A DNA stretch of 64,000 nt from Camelus ferus. Its lineage: Eukaryota. Each line of letters opens with the position of its first letter. The stretch's first letter is position 1. Made by a program: the position numbers and the translations under genes. The notes under the pieces are model-generated. The model had not been told where the DNA came from, did no database searches, and was given only the letters and a program-made list of their open reading frames with translations. Positions 1 to 12,400 of the stretch are shown here, in pieces. The stretch covers positions 312,001 through 376,000 of the forward strand of contig NC_045697.1 in the NCBI RefSeq assembly GCF_009834535.1, written 5' to 3'.

Positions 1-529
1 ATCAAAGAAAGATAAACTAATAAGGTGGTATCTACAATGAAAGCCTTCATAAACCTCAGAAGGCGAAAAAAACACCACTTGAAATCATCAAGTGCACCCA
101 TAACAGGAAGGTATCCAACAACAGACTCACAGAAGACCCCCTGTTCAGAAATGAGCTGTGATGAATTTTAAAATCCAAAATGAAGAGGGAACGAGACTGT
201 ATACCTAAGAGGAAAGACACAAGCCCGCCCCAATGCCCTGGAAGCCAGCCCAGCACTGTGGCCTCCGCAGGCCCACATTCAGAATGGCTTTTATTTTTTA
301 AACAGAAAAAAAAAAAAATCAAAAGACCAGTGTTTCAAGACACAGTGGGGGAGCAGTTCTGCTGACCCGGCCACGCCTGCTCAACCAGACAGCCTGTGGC
401 TGCTTCTGAGCCGCTCGGTCGGGAGATCTGAGGCAACTTCAACCGGATTCCCAAAACTTTTCTGGGTGGGAGCTAACAAACTGATCCAAAGTTTACAGGC
501 AAACCTCACGTTCCTGAGCCTTTCATATA

Positions 530-931
530 CAGAGGTCGCAGCAGCCCAGCCTCGAGAGTCTGTCGGCACCGTTTCTCCAACAGCACCACGCACTTCCTGT
601 CTCCGTGTCACGCTCTGGAAAATCTCGCAATATTTCAAACTTTGTCACCATCACTGTACTTGTTGTGGTGTCTGTGACCAGTGACCTGTGATGTCACTGC
701 TGCGACTCACTGAAGGCGCGGACGATGGTCCGCACTTCTAGCAATACGGTATCTTCTCACTGAAGTACAGACGCTGTTCCTTACACACAGGCCACTGCCC
801 ACTAACAAAGCACAGCACCGTGTGAACGCAACTTCCAGAGGCACCGGGAGACAGACGCCACGGGACTCACTTTGCCGCTGCATCTGCTTTACTGGTCTGG
901 ATAGAATGCGCAGCATCACCAAGATGCCTGT
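530..931 (+). mobile_element. Internally deleted Tigger1-like DNA transposon (TcMar-Tigger)
   Basis: Segments such as ctcgcaatatttcaaacttt and gactcactgaaggc plus a ...gcctg terminus resemble recalled Tigger1 5' and 3' parts joined together. Confidence 0.65.
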
Positions 932-1940
932 GTGTGGAGACACCAAGGTCCAAAAAGAGCCACACGGTCCCAGAGAACCAGACGTAAGCCCACCGTGAAG
1001 CCATGGTACAGAAGGCAGAGAGAGGCTGCCTAGGACCCCCAATGACGCACCCAGAAAGACCTGCCCCCCAAGCGCGAAGGAACGACCGAGTGAGAATGCA
1101 GCAGGGGGAGCGAGGTCTGCCCTCATGCACTGAGCGGGCTGCTGCTGCCATGAGGGGCACAGCACTGCCTGAGAGGACACCCACATGCCCACGAGCAGGA
1201 CGACACAGGACGAGCAGTGTTCTCAGAAGAAAGCCCACTGAATCCACACATCAGCTGAGACTGACCACCAAGGGCCAGCCAAGCACGGGCACAGGGCGAC
1301 CAAGTGCTGCGGTGGGAACGTCCCCAGCCATGCCCCACAGCATCCAGGGGCCACGCCCAGGACACGGGCGTCCTGAGGCTCAGAGCAGCGCCGCTGGCTA
1401 CAGGCACAGAGTGGGGAGCCACCAGGTGCAGCGCACTGGCTCTGCTGAGCATGGACGACCCAAGGTGGATAAGCCTCAAAGTCACAACACTGAGCAACAG
1501 CCTGACACATGAGACCCTGCACTGTGGGTCCCTCACGTGATGACCCCAAAGAGCAAAAGGCAAAAGGGCATGAGGAAGGAGCAGGGCATACAGCAAAAAG
1601 TAAAGCAAACAGCTGTCACTAACAGCAAGAGGGACGTGGGGCCCCAGGGCTGACACTTGTGTCTGGAACATACGGATGCCCAGTCCACAGCCCGCGGCAT
1701 CCAGGGGAGCCAGGCACGGCTGCAGAGCACGGAGGGGGCCAGCCTGGGGGAGCCCCGGCCCCCGCGTCCTGCCTGCCCTTCCAGAGCACCACCTGGGAGG
1801 CCTGGAGGGAGTCCCAGCACTGGGCCGCCGCACACACGCAGCACCGAGGAGAGGAGTCAATCCCAGGCCAAGCTCACAAACACCAAGTCTTCACTAATGC
1901 CATCCTTCTAGTCTTTCACTTTCCTTTAAGGAGAAAAAAA

Positions 1941-1970
1941 TACACACACGCGCGAGCGCGCGCGCGCACA
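1941..1970. repeat. (CA)n(CG)n alternating purine-pyrimidine tract
   Basis: tacacacacgcgcgagcgcgcgcgcgcaca. Confidence 0.9.
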
Positions 1971-2330
1971 GCACGTGAAGCACAAGAGTCTCGATGGCAC
2001 GAGGAAGTCACCAGCCGCACGGCCGAGGGCAGAGAAGGCCTTCTCCCTCCAGGACCACCGCCGCCCAGGTGTCCCTGACAGCCCTTCTGCAGGCCCGTGG
2101 CCTGGGAAGTGGCTCCCATCCCACAGGTTTCTACAGCCAAGTTGACTTGTCACCTTACACCAGGCCCCTCGGGTCCAGGAACAAACAAGAAAGGCCAGAC
2201 TCATCCGAGGTTCACGTCCATAGGAAGGCGCCATGCCCACGGACAGGGCTGTCAATGCCCATCTGACACCCTACTCAGCCACCGGGCCGTGGGGTGCGCT
2301 GTGCCTAAGAAGAGCCCACCACACAGAAAA

Positions 2331-2390
2331 CCTGGGGAGGGCAACCTGGGGAGGGCAACCGGGGGGGGGGGGGCAACCCGGGGAGGGCAG
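2331..2390 (+). repeat. Four-copy ~14-bp G-rich tandem repeat
   Basis: CCTGGGGAGGGCAA x2, a poly-G variant, then CCCGGGGAGGGCAG. Confidence 0.85.
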
Positions 2391-3263
2391 GCCAGACTGC
2401 ATCTGAGGTTGCACTGAGGGGCTTTAGTCCTGCTGAGGCCGCCGGGTGTTTCCGCTGCATTAGAAACATCCTTATTTCCATGAAAGCACCTGGAGAGAAA
2501 CAGCATGTCTTGGGTCTGCTTTAAAATTCTTTAGCGGGGAGGACCAGGGGGCCGCGGCCACCCTGAGACGTGGTCAAAGTTGGGGCACTAGCTTCGTGGA
2601 CACTGGGTAATTAATAAAACGAGGCCAGAAACAGGGAGAAGATATTTGCAACACATGTAACTTTAAAAAGACTGTTGTAAGGATGTACAAAATCAAACCA
2701 ACAGACAATAAAAAAGGGGAAAACTAGACAGGTAAGCAAAGATCGAAGGCACCAAAGAGCATAAACACAGCAGAAATGCTCGACTTTTTCATTAATCAGG
2801 AAAAGGCAAAATCACTACTCAGATGCCCCCCAACCAGGCAGCAAAATGACAAAGGGCAGCTCCCCGCACGGACGAAGCCCCAGGCCTAGGACATGTGGCA
2901 TCACTGCAGGAGGCAGCCCTGTGGTGAAACGCAGGCCCTGGCACTAGGCAGCAGGGCAGGCCAGGCTGGGCCCCAGTGGGGTGACGGAAGGGTGGCGGCC
3001 AGAGCAGCACAGAGGAGCAGTCACCGTCCTCCTGGTTCCATGCCAGGGCCCAGTCCTACCCTAGCATCAGGGCCCCCGCCCGTGCCCACACCGGCACCCG
3101 CAGGAGAGGAGCACCCCGTGGAGGCCTGCTGGGCGTGGGGAGGGGGCCCTGTGTGCTCCAGCCAAGTGGGAGGACTTGGGGAGGGCTCTGCTCACGGCTA
3201 GCAGGCCCGACAGGTGCAGGGGCTGGGCGGGCATGGCGTGGAGGGAGGGCAGTGGGGCCGTAC

Positions 3264-3406
3264 CTTGAGGTCTCTGTGGATGATAGGTGGCTTCTGCTTG
3301 TGCATGTGCTGCACCGCTCTGCATGTCTGATAAAATATCTTCAGAACAGTATCGCACGAGAGCGGACCTTTAGACTCAATTTTCTTTAAAAATTCCACCA
3401 GCTGCC
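3264..3406 (-). CDS. GAK: GAK exon 5 (143 bp), HRDLK catalytic loop; later exons are outside the window
   Basis: tttag/GTACG boundaries; (G)QLVEFLKKIESKGPLSCDTVLKIFYQTCRAVQHMHKQKPPIIHRDLK. Confidence 0.98.
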
Positions 3407-5591
3407 CTAAAAGAGACAATCACCAGGGAGCTGTGAGTACTCCACCCACCTCGGGCCTGCGCCCGCCAGCCACACCCTCCTGAGCCCGCTGGGGGGTGTG
3501 CAGCCCCCACCAGGGCGCGGGCCAGCGCTGGAGCGCCCCGTGGGAACGCCTGCCTACCATCGGCATGCCCCTCCCTGCAGAGTCCACGCAACGTGGCAGC
3601 TACGTGGGAAAGGAAGACAAACGTGCCCAACTCTCCAAGTACCTCTAGGGAACAATCACTGCGTCCTCCACTAACTCTTAAATCAATGCAACACCTCCGT
3701 CATCACACCCTCCACGTGCACACAGATGCGGAATGGAGCGTGCAGGGAGAGCACGACCAGACAGCGAGGCTCTGGGCCCCAGGACATTGCTCTCAGGGGC
3801 TCCCCACCTCAAGGCTGTGCCTCCCCATCTCTGTAGCCCAGGAACCCTTAGGCCTGCTGTAACCGGCCACAGCCCAGACCTTGAAGCCGGGCACCTCAGG
3901 TATAGGGTGGCCGGCCCCCTCCATGACTATGATGGTCCCAGCCTCCAGAGGCTCCCACCACCCCCGGGCCCCGGACCCCCAACCCTGTTCTTGCCCTGGA
4001 CGTCTCAAAGCATCTTCCTAGAGTCCAGCCTCTCCCCAGCCCCGTGCTGCCCTCTCCCTGGTCCAGGGCCCAGGCCACCTCGGCTCCCTTGCTCCCAAGG
4101 CCCACTTCACACACTAAGGGCCCGTCCCCGTCCTGCTCGATGCAGAGCCAGGGTCACCACACCTAAGGGCCCACGATCGGCACTCACTCGTTCTCTCCAA
4201 CCTCACCTCCCACCATCCCCTGTGCTCATTCCCCTCAAGCCACAAGCCTCCTTTCTGTCAGTGCCTCAGGACCCTCACACCTGCAGCTCCTGGGCTCCCG
4301 AAGCTCCTGACCCGACCGTCGCCCTCCAGGGAGCCCTCTGCTCAGCCTGGCTGATGTGCACCCCTTTCCCCAACATGTGGAACTGCCCGCCCTCCAACTC
4401 TGGACTTGGGTTGGGCTCTGTGCTGTGCCCTAGCCCTAATCCTCAGCGGGGCGGGGGCCCCAGGGGGACAGGGGTCCTAAGAGTAAGTGGGGCCCCCAGG
4501 ATGCGGGTGGGGCACAGGCCTCATGAGGTGTTGTTGAGGGTCTGGAGCAAGGGTGACAGACTAACTGCCAGGCTGGCTGGGGACGGGGATGCGCTGGTGC
4601 AGGGCGGGGCACCGCAATGTCAGGGTTCACTGGCCTGATGTTCAACCAGAGTTAAGAGAGATCTTTTTAAATTAATTCCATCGGTGGCAGAGCAGCCAGA
4701 GAGAGCACCGTGGAGGGCGAAGCCTTGGGGAACCAGGAGGGTGCAGGCTCCGCCGAGCATACCCACGGCCGACCTCCAAAGACCTGACGCGCCCTGTGTC
4801 AGGCACCACCACGCCTGCCCTGCGAGCACCCTGAGGGTTCAGCCTGGGCCTCGCGCACCAGCCCAGGCAGGCGGTCCTGCCCGCGCCACACGCAGTGGTG
4901 GGCTTCACGAGATCGCAGCATCAAGGATGCCCCGACACATGTGGGCAACCAGGCCCCACTCCTGGCACCTCCTGCACTCCAGGCCCGCACGCACCTGCAG
5001 CAGGGCAGCCACAGCCTCTAAAACCGAACATCAAAGCCAAAGCATCCTGGATGGTGAACGGGGAACACAGCACACGAACCAGAGACACAAACAGCCGAAA
5101 ACACAGAGACACACGTCCACTGCCAGCAGCAGAGCACGAGGCAGACGGGGACCAAGTGGGCGGGGCGGGGCCTCCAAGGGGAACACGCCGCCCCACCCAC
5201 AGGAACGGGGGCAGCTCAGGGACCTCCAGGTGTGGGTCCTGCTGCACTGCAGACGGGGCCCAGCCCTGAGGGCCGAGGCAGCTGCCTAGCTCCCACAGGC
5301 CCAGCTCCCAGCCTTGCCTGACTATTTCCTGGCCAAGCTCCTTCCTGCTGCCCCAGAGCCCACGAGGGTGCCAGCGCTCACCCTTCCTCCCAGCGCCAGC
5401 TCTGCTCTCGCCCCCAGGGCAGGGACCCCGGGGGACTCTCCCCCCAGTGCTGGGACAGGCCGTGGCAGGGTGGGGGTGCAAGAGCTCCCGCCAGGCAGCT
5501 AGCCACGCTCTTCCACTGGGACCAGTGGGTCTCAGGAGCGAAGGCCCCAGGCGCACCCTGCTGTCAGGGCTCAGACCCGCTGGAACCTGAC

Positions 5592-5706
5592 CTTTGCAGA
5601 GCTCCATGAGCAGCAGGAACTCGGCCTGCCCCGTGTCCGACTCCTCTTTTCCTATTGATGCTGCAGAACAAAACTGGACGATATTGGGGTGACCTGAAAG
5701 TTTTTT
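5592..5706 (-). CDS. GAK: GAK exon 4 (115 bp), gatekeeper and hinge
   Basis: cacag/GTCAG boundaries; KKLSGHPNIVQFCSAASIGKEESDTGQAEFLLLMELCK(G). Confidence 0.97.
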
Positions 5707-6565
5707 CTGTGGGGATCTTGTTAAAGGAGAAGGTATAAGCCTGCACGTTTGAGAACAAACATGTACACAATTCTAGGGCACTAAAGTCAAAACACCAAAT
5801 CCAAAGAGTGCACCATGGCAGGGTGTCAGAGCAGTAAGATGCGGGGGGAGTGGGGGCAGCCAGGATGCAGGGGGTGTGAGCAGGAGAAGGACAGGCTAGG
5901 GTGAAGACCCCAGTGGGCTGGCCACACCCAGCCCCAGCCAAGCAAGGCAGCAGCACAGGGTGCGGCAGGGCTGAGGTGTGACGGTACACGCAGCCACTCA
6001 AGCCCAGCGAGGTGAGCGCCCTCAGCCCAAGCGGCTGGCAGGCTCACAGTGGACAGTGCTTCAGGACGGAAGAGAACTGATTCTGACAGCAAAGGGCAAG
6101 GCCCCAGCTTGGGGAGAACGTGTGCAGGAGTGGGGAGCAAGCAAGACGGGCCCTCTGTGCACGGACACCCGGGCCCCAAGCGCTCCAGCCAGGGTGAGAC
6201 GTGAGACAGACCCCGGCCCTGAGCAGAATCGATATGGAGCCAGGCCTGGTGAGGGGCTGGGGGCACAGCCACTTGCCGGGTGCCGTGGGCCACATCAGGG
6301 AACGAGGGGCAGACGCAGGGCAGAGGCAGGGGTCGGCCCACCCCCGGGGCCTGTAGACCTCTTGTCAGGGACGCCCACCTCCACTCCCAAAGCTACAGAC
6401 CCTCCCTGTTTATCACCCTGAGAGTGAAGAACAAGAAAAAAAGTCCCTTGTGCGAGACACGCCACAGGGAAGCCCAGTGAAAGCACATCGAGAAGGGTGC
6501 CGTCAGGAGCCGGGCACAGGCCCCGCCACGCGACCAGGTCTGCGCTCAGTCCCCAGAAAGGATAC

Positions 6566-6625
6566 CATGAAACAAACTTCCTGAATGATGGCTCTGTTCT
6601 TCTCCTCTTCGTCAGACAGTAATCT
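6566..6625 (-). CDS. GAK: GAK exon 3 (60 bp), alphaC helix
   Basis: tacag/GTATC boundaries; RLLSDEEEKNRAIIQEVCFM. Confidence 0.97.
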
Positions 6626-7327
6626 CTGTATCGGGAAAGAACACACGAGAGAAGATGAAAGATTTGCTCTTTCCACGCTGCATCCAAGAGAACAAACACA
6701 ACGCATCTAAGAGCTCACCCTGCCTAACTGTGTTCTAACGTGGACTCATGTAGAAACTTGACAGAGGTTAAAGACCCTCGGAAATGGTCACGATCCAAGG
6801 ATGCAAGAAAAACTAAAAACAGGAGGGTTTTCTTCAAACAGGCTAGAGGGAAGGGAGGGGAGACATGGGTCTGGCTCTGGGACAACACAGTCCAAGTACG
6901 CCCCCAGCTCAGCTGTGCACCAAGACCAGCCCTCGGCGAGTCTCAAGACAAACCAGCCTGTGCGCCCAGCACCCGACGTGGGCCAGATGCCCCCCGCCCC
7001 CCATTTACAGGTACACTGTGACACGTTGTTTCACATGAGTGGCTTTCAAACTCCTGGCATCTGTGGAGCCCTTATTTTGGCAGTTTCAACACTGTGAGGT
7101 CACCCTCCACCCTCCACTGGGTCCCCGCCCCAAAGCTGGAAGCCACAGCTTTAAAGTCCTCAGAACTGCTGATGGCTTCACGCTGAAATAAACAAATAAG
7201 ACAAACAGACACAGACTGTAAGAAAGAAACATAAAATAAAGAATAGGAACAAATCTCTGAAAATGTCACTTGGAGATCTCCTTTAAAACGAACTAAAACC
7301 CCATAAAAATGCTGTCACCCTTTTTAC

Positions 7328-7389
7328 CTTCAGTGCATACTCTCTGCCACTTCCCAGATCCTGAGCTTCATATACAAATGCAAACCCTC
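7328..7389 (-). CDS. GAK: GAK exon 2 (62 bp), Gly-rich loop and catalytic Lys
   Basis: ttcag/GTAAAA boundaries; (G)GFAFVYEAQDLGSGREYALK; phase fits exon 1. Confidence 0.97.
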
Positions 7390-7589
7390 CTGAAAGTCAG
7401 AAAAATACACGTGTCAGTTCAGTGCTGTGATTTTACTCAAAAATGAGCTTAAAAAATGTCTTTACTAAGTAAAATACAGGCTGGGCTTGTGGCCGCAGTT
7501 TGTTTTCTACAATAGTAATAAGCCCCAATTTGTGTAATATTGCCCTTTAAACATCTTGCTTTGAGGCAGGAAGGAAATGAACATAAGAA

Positions 7590-9960
7590 CGAGATTAATG
7601 AGGGAAAAATCAACAAAACCAAAAGCAGTTCTCCAAAAACAAATCAATGACCAATATCACACATGCACATGGACGAAAGAATCCTTAAAGCGTTAATTCT
7701 AAATAAAATTCAGCGTTAGCAGATCAAACCCAACAGCACACAGAAAAGCACAAAACATCACAACTTAGTGGAGTTAGTTTAACAGTGAAAATCAATGTAA
7801 TTCTGTTGATTCCATTTGCTTCGCTTTTCCTAGCTCCCTATAGTGGGGAATGACATCATGAAACCCACAACTCTCAGCAAAGGCGGGAGAGAAGGTGAAG
7901 GGCAGCTCTGAGAGACGCACAGGGACCCCACGCTCAGCAGTGGAGACCAGAGGCCTCCCACTAAGATCAGGGCCAAGGCAAACACTCAGCACCTTACTGG
8001 AAGTCCTGGCCAGTGTAATCAGGCAAGAAAAGAAATAAAAGGAATCAGATTGAAAAGGAAGAAGAAAAAATGTTCTTCTTTGCAGGCAACATGATTGTCT
8101 ACGTAGACAACCTTGTACCCACCCCCCCAAAAGTAACAAATGAGTTCAGGAAAGTTGAGGGATGGAAGTCACACGTGAAAAGTCAATTTTACTTCTACAG
8201 ACCCTAGGTTAGGCAAACATTTCTTAGATATGAAAACAAAAATATGATCCATAAATGAAAAATATGATACATGGACTTCTTCAAAGTCCATCTGAAGAAC
8301 TTCTGGTTTTTGAACTATACCATTGAGAGGGTGAAAAGACAAGCCCCTGGGTGTGGACTTTGCCAATCACACACCCAGTAATGGTCTTCTACCCACAAAA
8401 TATGAAGAAAGCTCAGTTCAACAACATTTTAATGGGCAAAATACATGAAAAGACACGTGGCCAAGATAAACAGCTGGCACGCAGGCACATGACAAAGCGC
8501 TCCATGTCCCTGCGCGTTGGGGGAAGGCACACTTACACCACAAGGGCCTGCTGCACACCCCTCGTGTCGTGCACCCTGCTGACCCTGCTCAGGGGACACT
8601 GAATGGCACGATCAGTTTGGAAAACAGTCTGGCCTTCTTGACAAGTTAAGCATACACCCCCTCCACAGCCCAGTCGTCACTGCCAGGTATTTCCCCGGGA
8701 AGAATGGAAGCACACATCCACACAAAGACCTGAATACGAGCGTTCACAGCAGCCTTGTGTGGAACTGCCCAAGCTGGAAACAACCCACCGTACACCAGCA
8801 ATGAGGCAGGAGCCCGTTGCCCCTACAGGGAGCACGCTCACCCCTAGGTTGGACAGGTACCGCCAGCACGTGGCATGGGACGCAAAGACAGCTGCTGGAA
8901 AGAAAGGGCCAGGAAGAAGTACACGTGTCCACACAGAAAGCCCCAGAACACACACACGATGTGCGGCGACAGAGGCTGGCCCGCAGCAGGCCAGGGGCCC
9001 ATGGCGGTGGGAGGGGGGTACTGCGCTGGCTCCAGATGGCTCCCACCCTGATCACAGCGGTGGCTCCACTGATGTGCACTCAGCTGCACATGTTCAAAGT
9101 GTTCTGACACATATGTGCCAAGTTCCTGTATGTCATTTTTATCTCAAGACAGACATTAAAAAATTTAAGTAATAAATAAATCCACATGAAAAATAGATGA
9201 AAGGAAATAAATGAAAATCCATAAAATAGATAGTAGAAATAGGAAACAGATGGCTTCGCTGGTGAGTTCTATCAAGCACTGAAGTGAAGAAAGCACAACA
9301 ATCTTGCACAAAGTCTTTGCCAAGATAAGAGGAGAAAATAGTTCCCAGACTATTTTTTGAGGCAGAGAAGACAACAAAGATACAATTACAGACCAAAATC
9401 ACTCATCAGAGTGGGAATAAACGATCCTCAGGAGAATACCAGCAAAGTGATTCTGGTGACATGCAGTGAGGACAGAACGCTGTGACCACATGGGCTCCAC
9501 CCCAGGAGCGTTGGCAACACTGGCTCAACACTAAACAGCAATCAGTGTACACACACCATTAACCACCAGGGAAGGAGGATCCCGAGTAGACACAGAGGAA
9601 ACATCTGTCCACATGTAAAATCCATTCGTGATTTTTTTTAAGTAGTGAAGTAAAAACAAACGTTCAACAAACTCGGAATCAAAGGAAACTTCTTCAACCT
9701 GAGAAACAGCAACCACGGAAAACCCACAGCTAACAGAAGACTTCCAGGTGTTTTCTTTCTAGGACCAAGAACGACACAGGGATGCCTGCTCTCAGCTCTA
9801 GTACGCTCTACTGGCGAGCCCCGTCAGCGCAAGAAAGCTAGAAAAACCAACAAGGAGCAGGAAGATCAGAAAGGAAGGACTAAAACAGTGCTTACTTACA
9901 GGTGATGGGTTGTAAAGCACACAACCTCAAGGACTCTACCAAAAATCTCCAGGACTAAAG
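7590..9960 (+). mobile_element. Fragmented old LINE-1 (ORF2 and 3'UTR remnants)
   Basis: L1 ORF2 hallmarks ctggaagtcctggccag, caggcaagaaaagaaataaaagg and catgattgtctacgtaga; no intact ORF. Confidence 0.75.
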
Positions 9961-10189
9961 AGGGACCTTAGCAAGGTGACACAGTCCTGGGGACCCTTCT
10001 CTGGCCTCTCTCCCAGCTGCAGCCACACGGACATGGCTGCACTTCCTCAGACTCACCAAGCCCATGATCGACCGGGTCCCGTCCACCGCCACAGCCCCGC
10101 GGGGGCACCCCAGCCTGACTCACCCCTCCCCAGCGCGCCCCAGCACTTCCTGATACCTGGTGCTGCACTACACTCACTGGGATACCTGT

Positions 10190-10320
10190 CTGCCGTCTCT
10201 CCCACCAGGCTGTAGACTCAGAAGGCAGAAACGTCACCCAGGTCGTTCACATTTGTGTTGCCAGCAGCTAGAACAGTGCCTGACACACAGCGGGCGGGCA
10301 ATCAGAAATGTGTACTGAGC
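10190..10320 (+). mobile_element. LINE-2 3' end remnant
   Basis: ctagaacagtgcctgacacacag motif typical of the L2 3' end. Confidence 0.5.
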
Positions 10321-10490
10321 AAAAGTCCCAAGTGAAAGCAATTTTAAGATATTAAAACACAGCATCATTTAGATTACATTTAACGCCCCAAAAGCGTATC
10401 AGGCGCTGTCTGTGCGCACAAGAACACGCAGACGAGGTATAAAACACGAACAGGAAGCGTGTGCACTAATTCACGGTGTGGCTGCCTCTG

Positions 10491-10512
10491 GAGAGAAAGA
10501 GAGAGAGAGAGA
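10491..10512. repeat. (GA)n microsatellite
   Basis: gagagaaagagagagagagaga. Confidence 0.85.
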
Positions 10513-10699
10513 GGCAACCAGGAGGCAGAGGGGCCTGCAACAGCACCTGTGACGCCTGAGTTTTTACAAAGGTTCCGGAGCCAAACGTGACTTTTCTTGC
10601 TGAAAAAGCTAACATTTATTAACTCTAGATAGCGGAGACAAAATTGTGTGTTCTGTTACTCTTCATACTTTTCGGCATTTCTGAAATTTTTCCTAACTT

Positions 10700-12400
10700 A
10701 AAAAAAATGCCCCATTTCAAATTCTGTTACACAGCTACAGCAATTAAGCCCGTGTGGCACTGGTGGAGGGACAGAGTCGTAGATCAATGGAACAACGGAG
10801 AAAAATCCAGAAAAAGAGCCAGACAAATATGCCCAAGTGATTTCTGACAGAGGCGCAAAAGCAACCCCATGGAGGAAGGACTGTGTTTCCACCAACGGTG
10901 CTGGAGCAACCGGACATCCACAGGCCAAACAAAAAGAGCTTCCATCTAAACTTGACACCTTGCACAGTAACTAACACAGAGTACGCAAATGGGAGGCTAT
11001 GAGCCTTTCAGAAAAAAAAACAGGAGAGAAGCCCTAGAGACCCAGATCCCTGCAGAGGCCTCAGACCCAAAAGCAAGAGCAGGGCTCACACAGGAGACAC
11101 TGGCAGACCCTGTTCAGAGGACAGAGCGCCCAGCTGCAGCTGCCAGAGAAGCCTGCAAGCACTTCTGATGGAGGACTCGCATCACAACCCACGACAAGCT
11201 CTCAAAACTCAAAACAAAAACACAATTCGAAAGCAGGCAAAAGACACAGAGACACTCCCCCTGCAAGGATGGGCGGGTGGAAACAAGCACATCACCATCC
11301 TGGAGGGAGACGCGCCCGACAGCCCCCGTGAGCGCTCACTGCACAGCTGTCAGAGCGAAGGGAACACGCAACAGAGCGCCGTCAGGACGCAGAGAGACCG
11401 GATCACCCTGTGTTGACACAAATGTGCCCCCTGGACATCACATGTTGAAGCCCCAGCCCCCAATGTGCTGCATCTGGAGGCAGGGCATTTAGGGAGGTGA
11501 TTAAAGTTAACTGAGATCCTAGGACAGGGACCTGATCCAACAGGCCTGGAGGAAGAGGGGAGACCCCAGGACAGCCCCTCCACTGATCTACACAGAAGGT
11601 GCCGAGCGCCCACTGAGGGGAGGGGCCTCACCAGAGACCACCCTGCCGGCACCTGACCTCGGACTCCAAGCCTCCAGGACCGGAAAATCCACCTGCTGTT
11701 TACGCTACAGAGTCTGTGGCCCATTCAGCGGCTGAGCAGATGAAGACACCCACCCGCTGCCGGTGGGAACGGGAAACAGGGTGGCCCCTCCAGAAAAAAA
11801 ACAGGTTGGCCGCTTTCTCCACAACCAAACGTGCAGCCGCCACATGGCACCATGCCTGTGCTCTTGGGCATCTGCTCCAGAGAAACGGAGACGTGGGTCC
11901 ACATGGAAACCCACACACCAGCGTTTAGAGCAGCTTTATTTCTATTGCCCAAAAAATCAGGAAACAACCCAGATGTCCTCCAGGGAGCAAACAGTTGAGT
12001 AAAATACTGTACATCTACACCCTGCATGCTCTGCAGCAACAGAAGGGGACAAACGATGCCACACAACCTGACAGGTCCCCAGGGAATCATGCTAGGCAAA
12101 AAAGCCAATTCCAACAGCCCACACGGCATGATTCCATTTCCACAGCATTCTTCAATGACAAAGTTTCAGAGTAGGGGAACAGAGAAGTGCTTCCCAGGGG
12201 TCCAGGAGGTGGGAGTGGCACGAAAGGCACGAGGGGCCCTCATGGGGATGCGAACACCAGCTCCCAGCTGTGACAGCAATGCCAGCTTTTCAGGACGCTG
12301 CCGTGGGGAAGGAGCTGGTGCGCCGGGATCTCTCTGCATCACTGCTTACGACTGCATGTAAATCTGCAACTCCCTCAAAACGAAGAGTTCAAATAAAAAC
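10700..12400 (+). mobile_element. Old LINE-1 3' region interrupted by an LTR
   Basis: gctacagcaattaag...tggcactggtggaggga, agatcaatggaac and gagcagctttatt resemble L1M ORF2 end and 3'UTR. Confidence 0.65.
11411..11710 (+). mobile_element. MaLR (MLT1-like) solo LTR nested in L1
   Basis: catgttgaagcccc...aatgtg, gggaggtgattaaagttaa and ccctgccggcacctgacctcggactcc...gcctccag are MLT1-type motifs. Confidence 0.65.

Noticed and set aside
2331..2390. Short repeated units considered as a CRISPR-like array
   Set aside because: No unique spacers, no cas genes, mammalian intron.
1..3263. GAK exon 6 (expected VENLLL...DFG motif)
   Set aside because: Not found by eye. It presumably lies left of the window, so there is no evidence of gene truncation.
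3733..4638. 301-aa Pro-rich ORF and similar 200-300-aa ORFs (29517-30380, 35464-36156, 46840-47619)
   Set aside because: Low-complexity Pro/Gly/Arg/Ala content, no recognisable domain, often a non-ATG start; expected by chance in GC-rich DNA.
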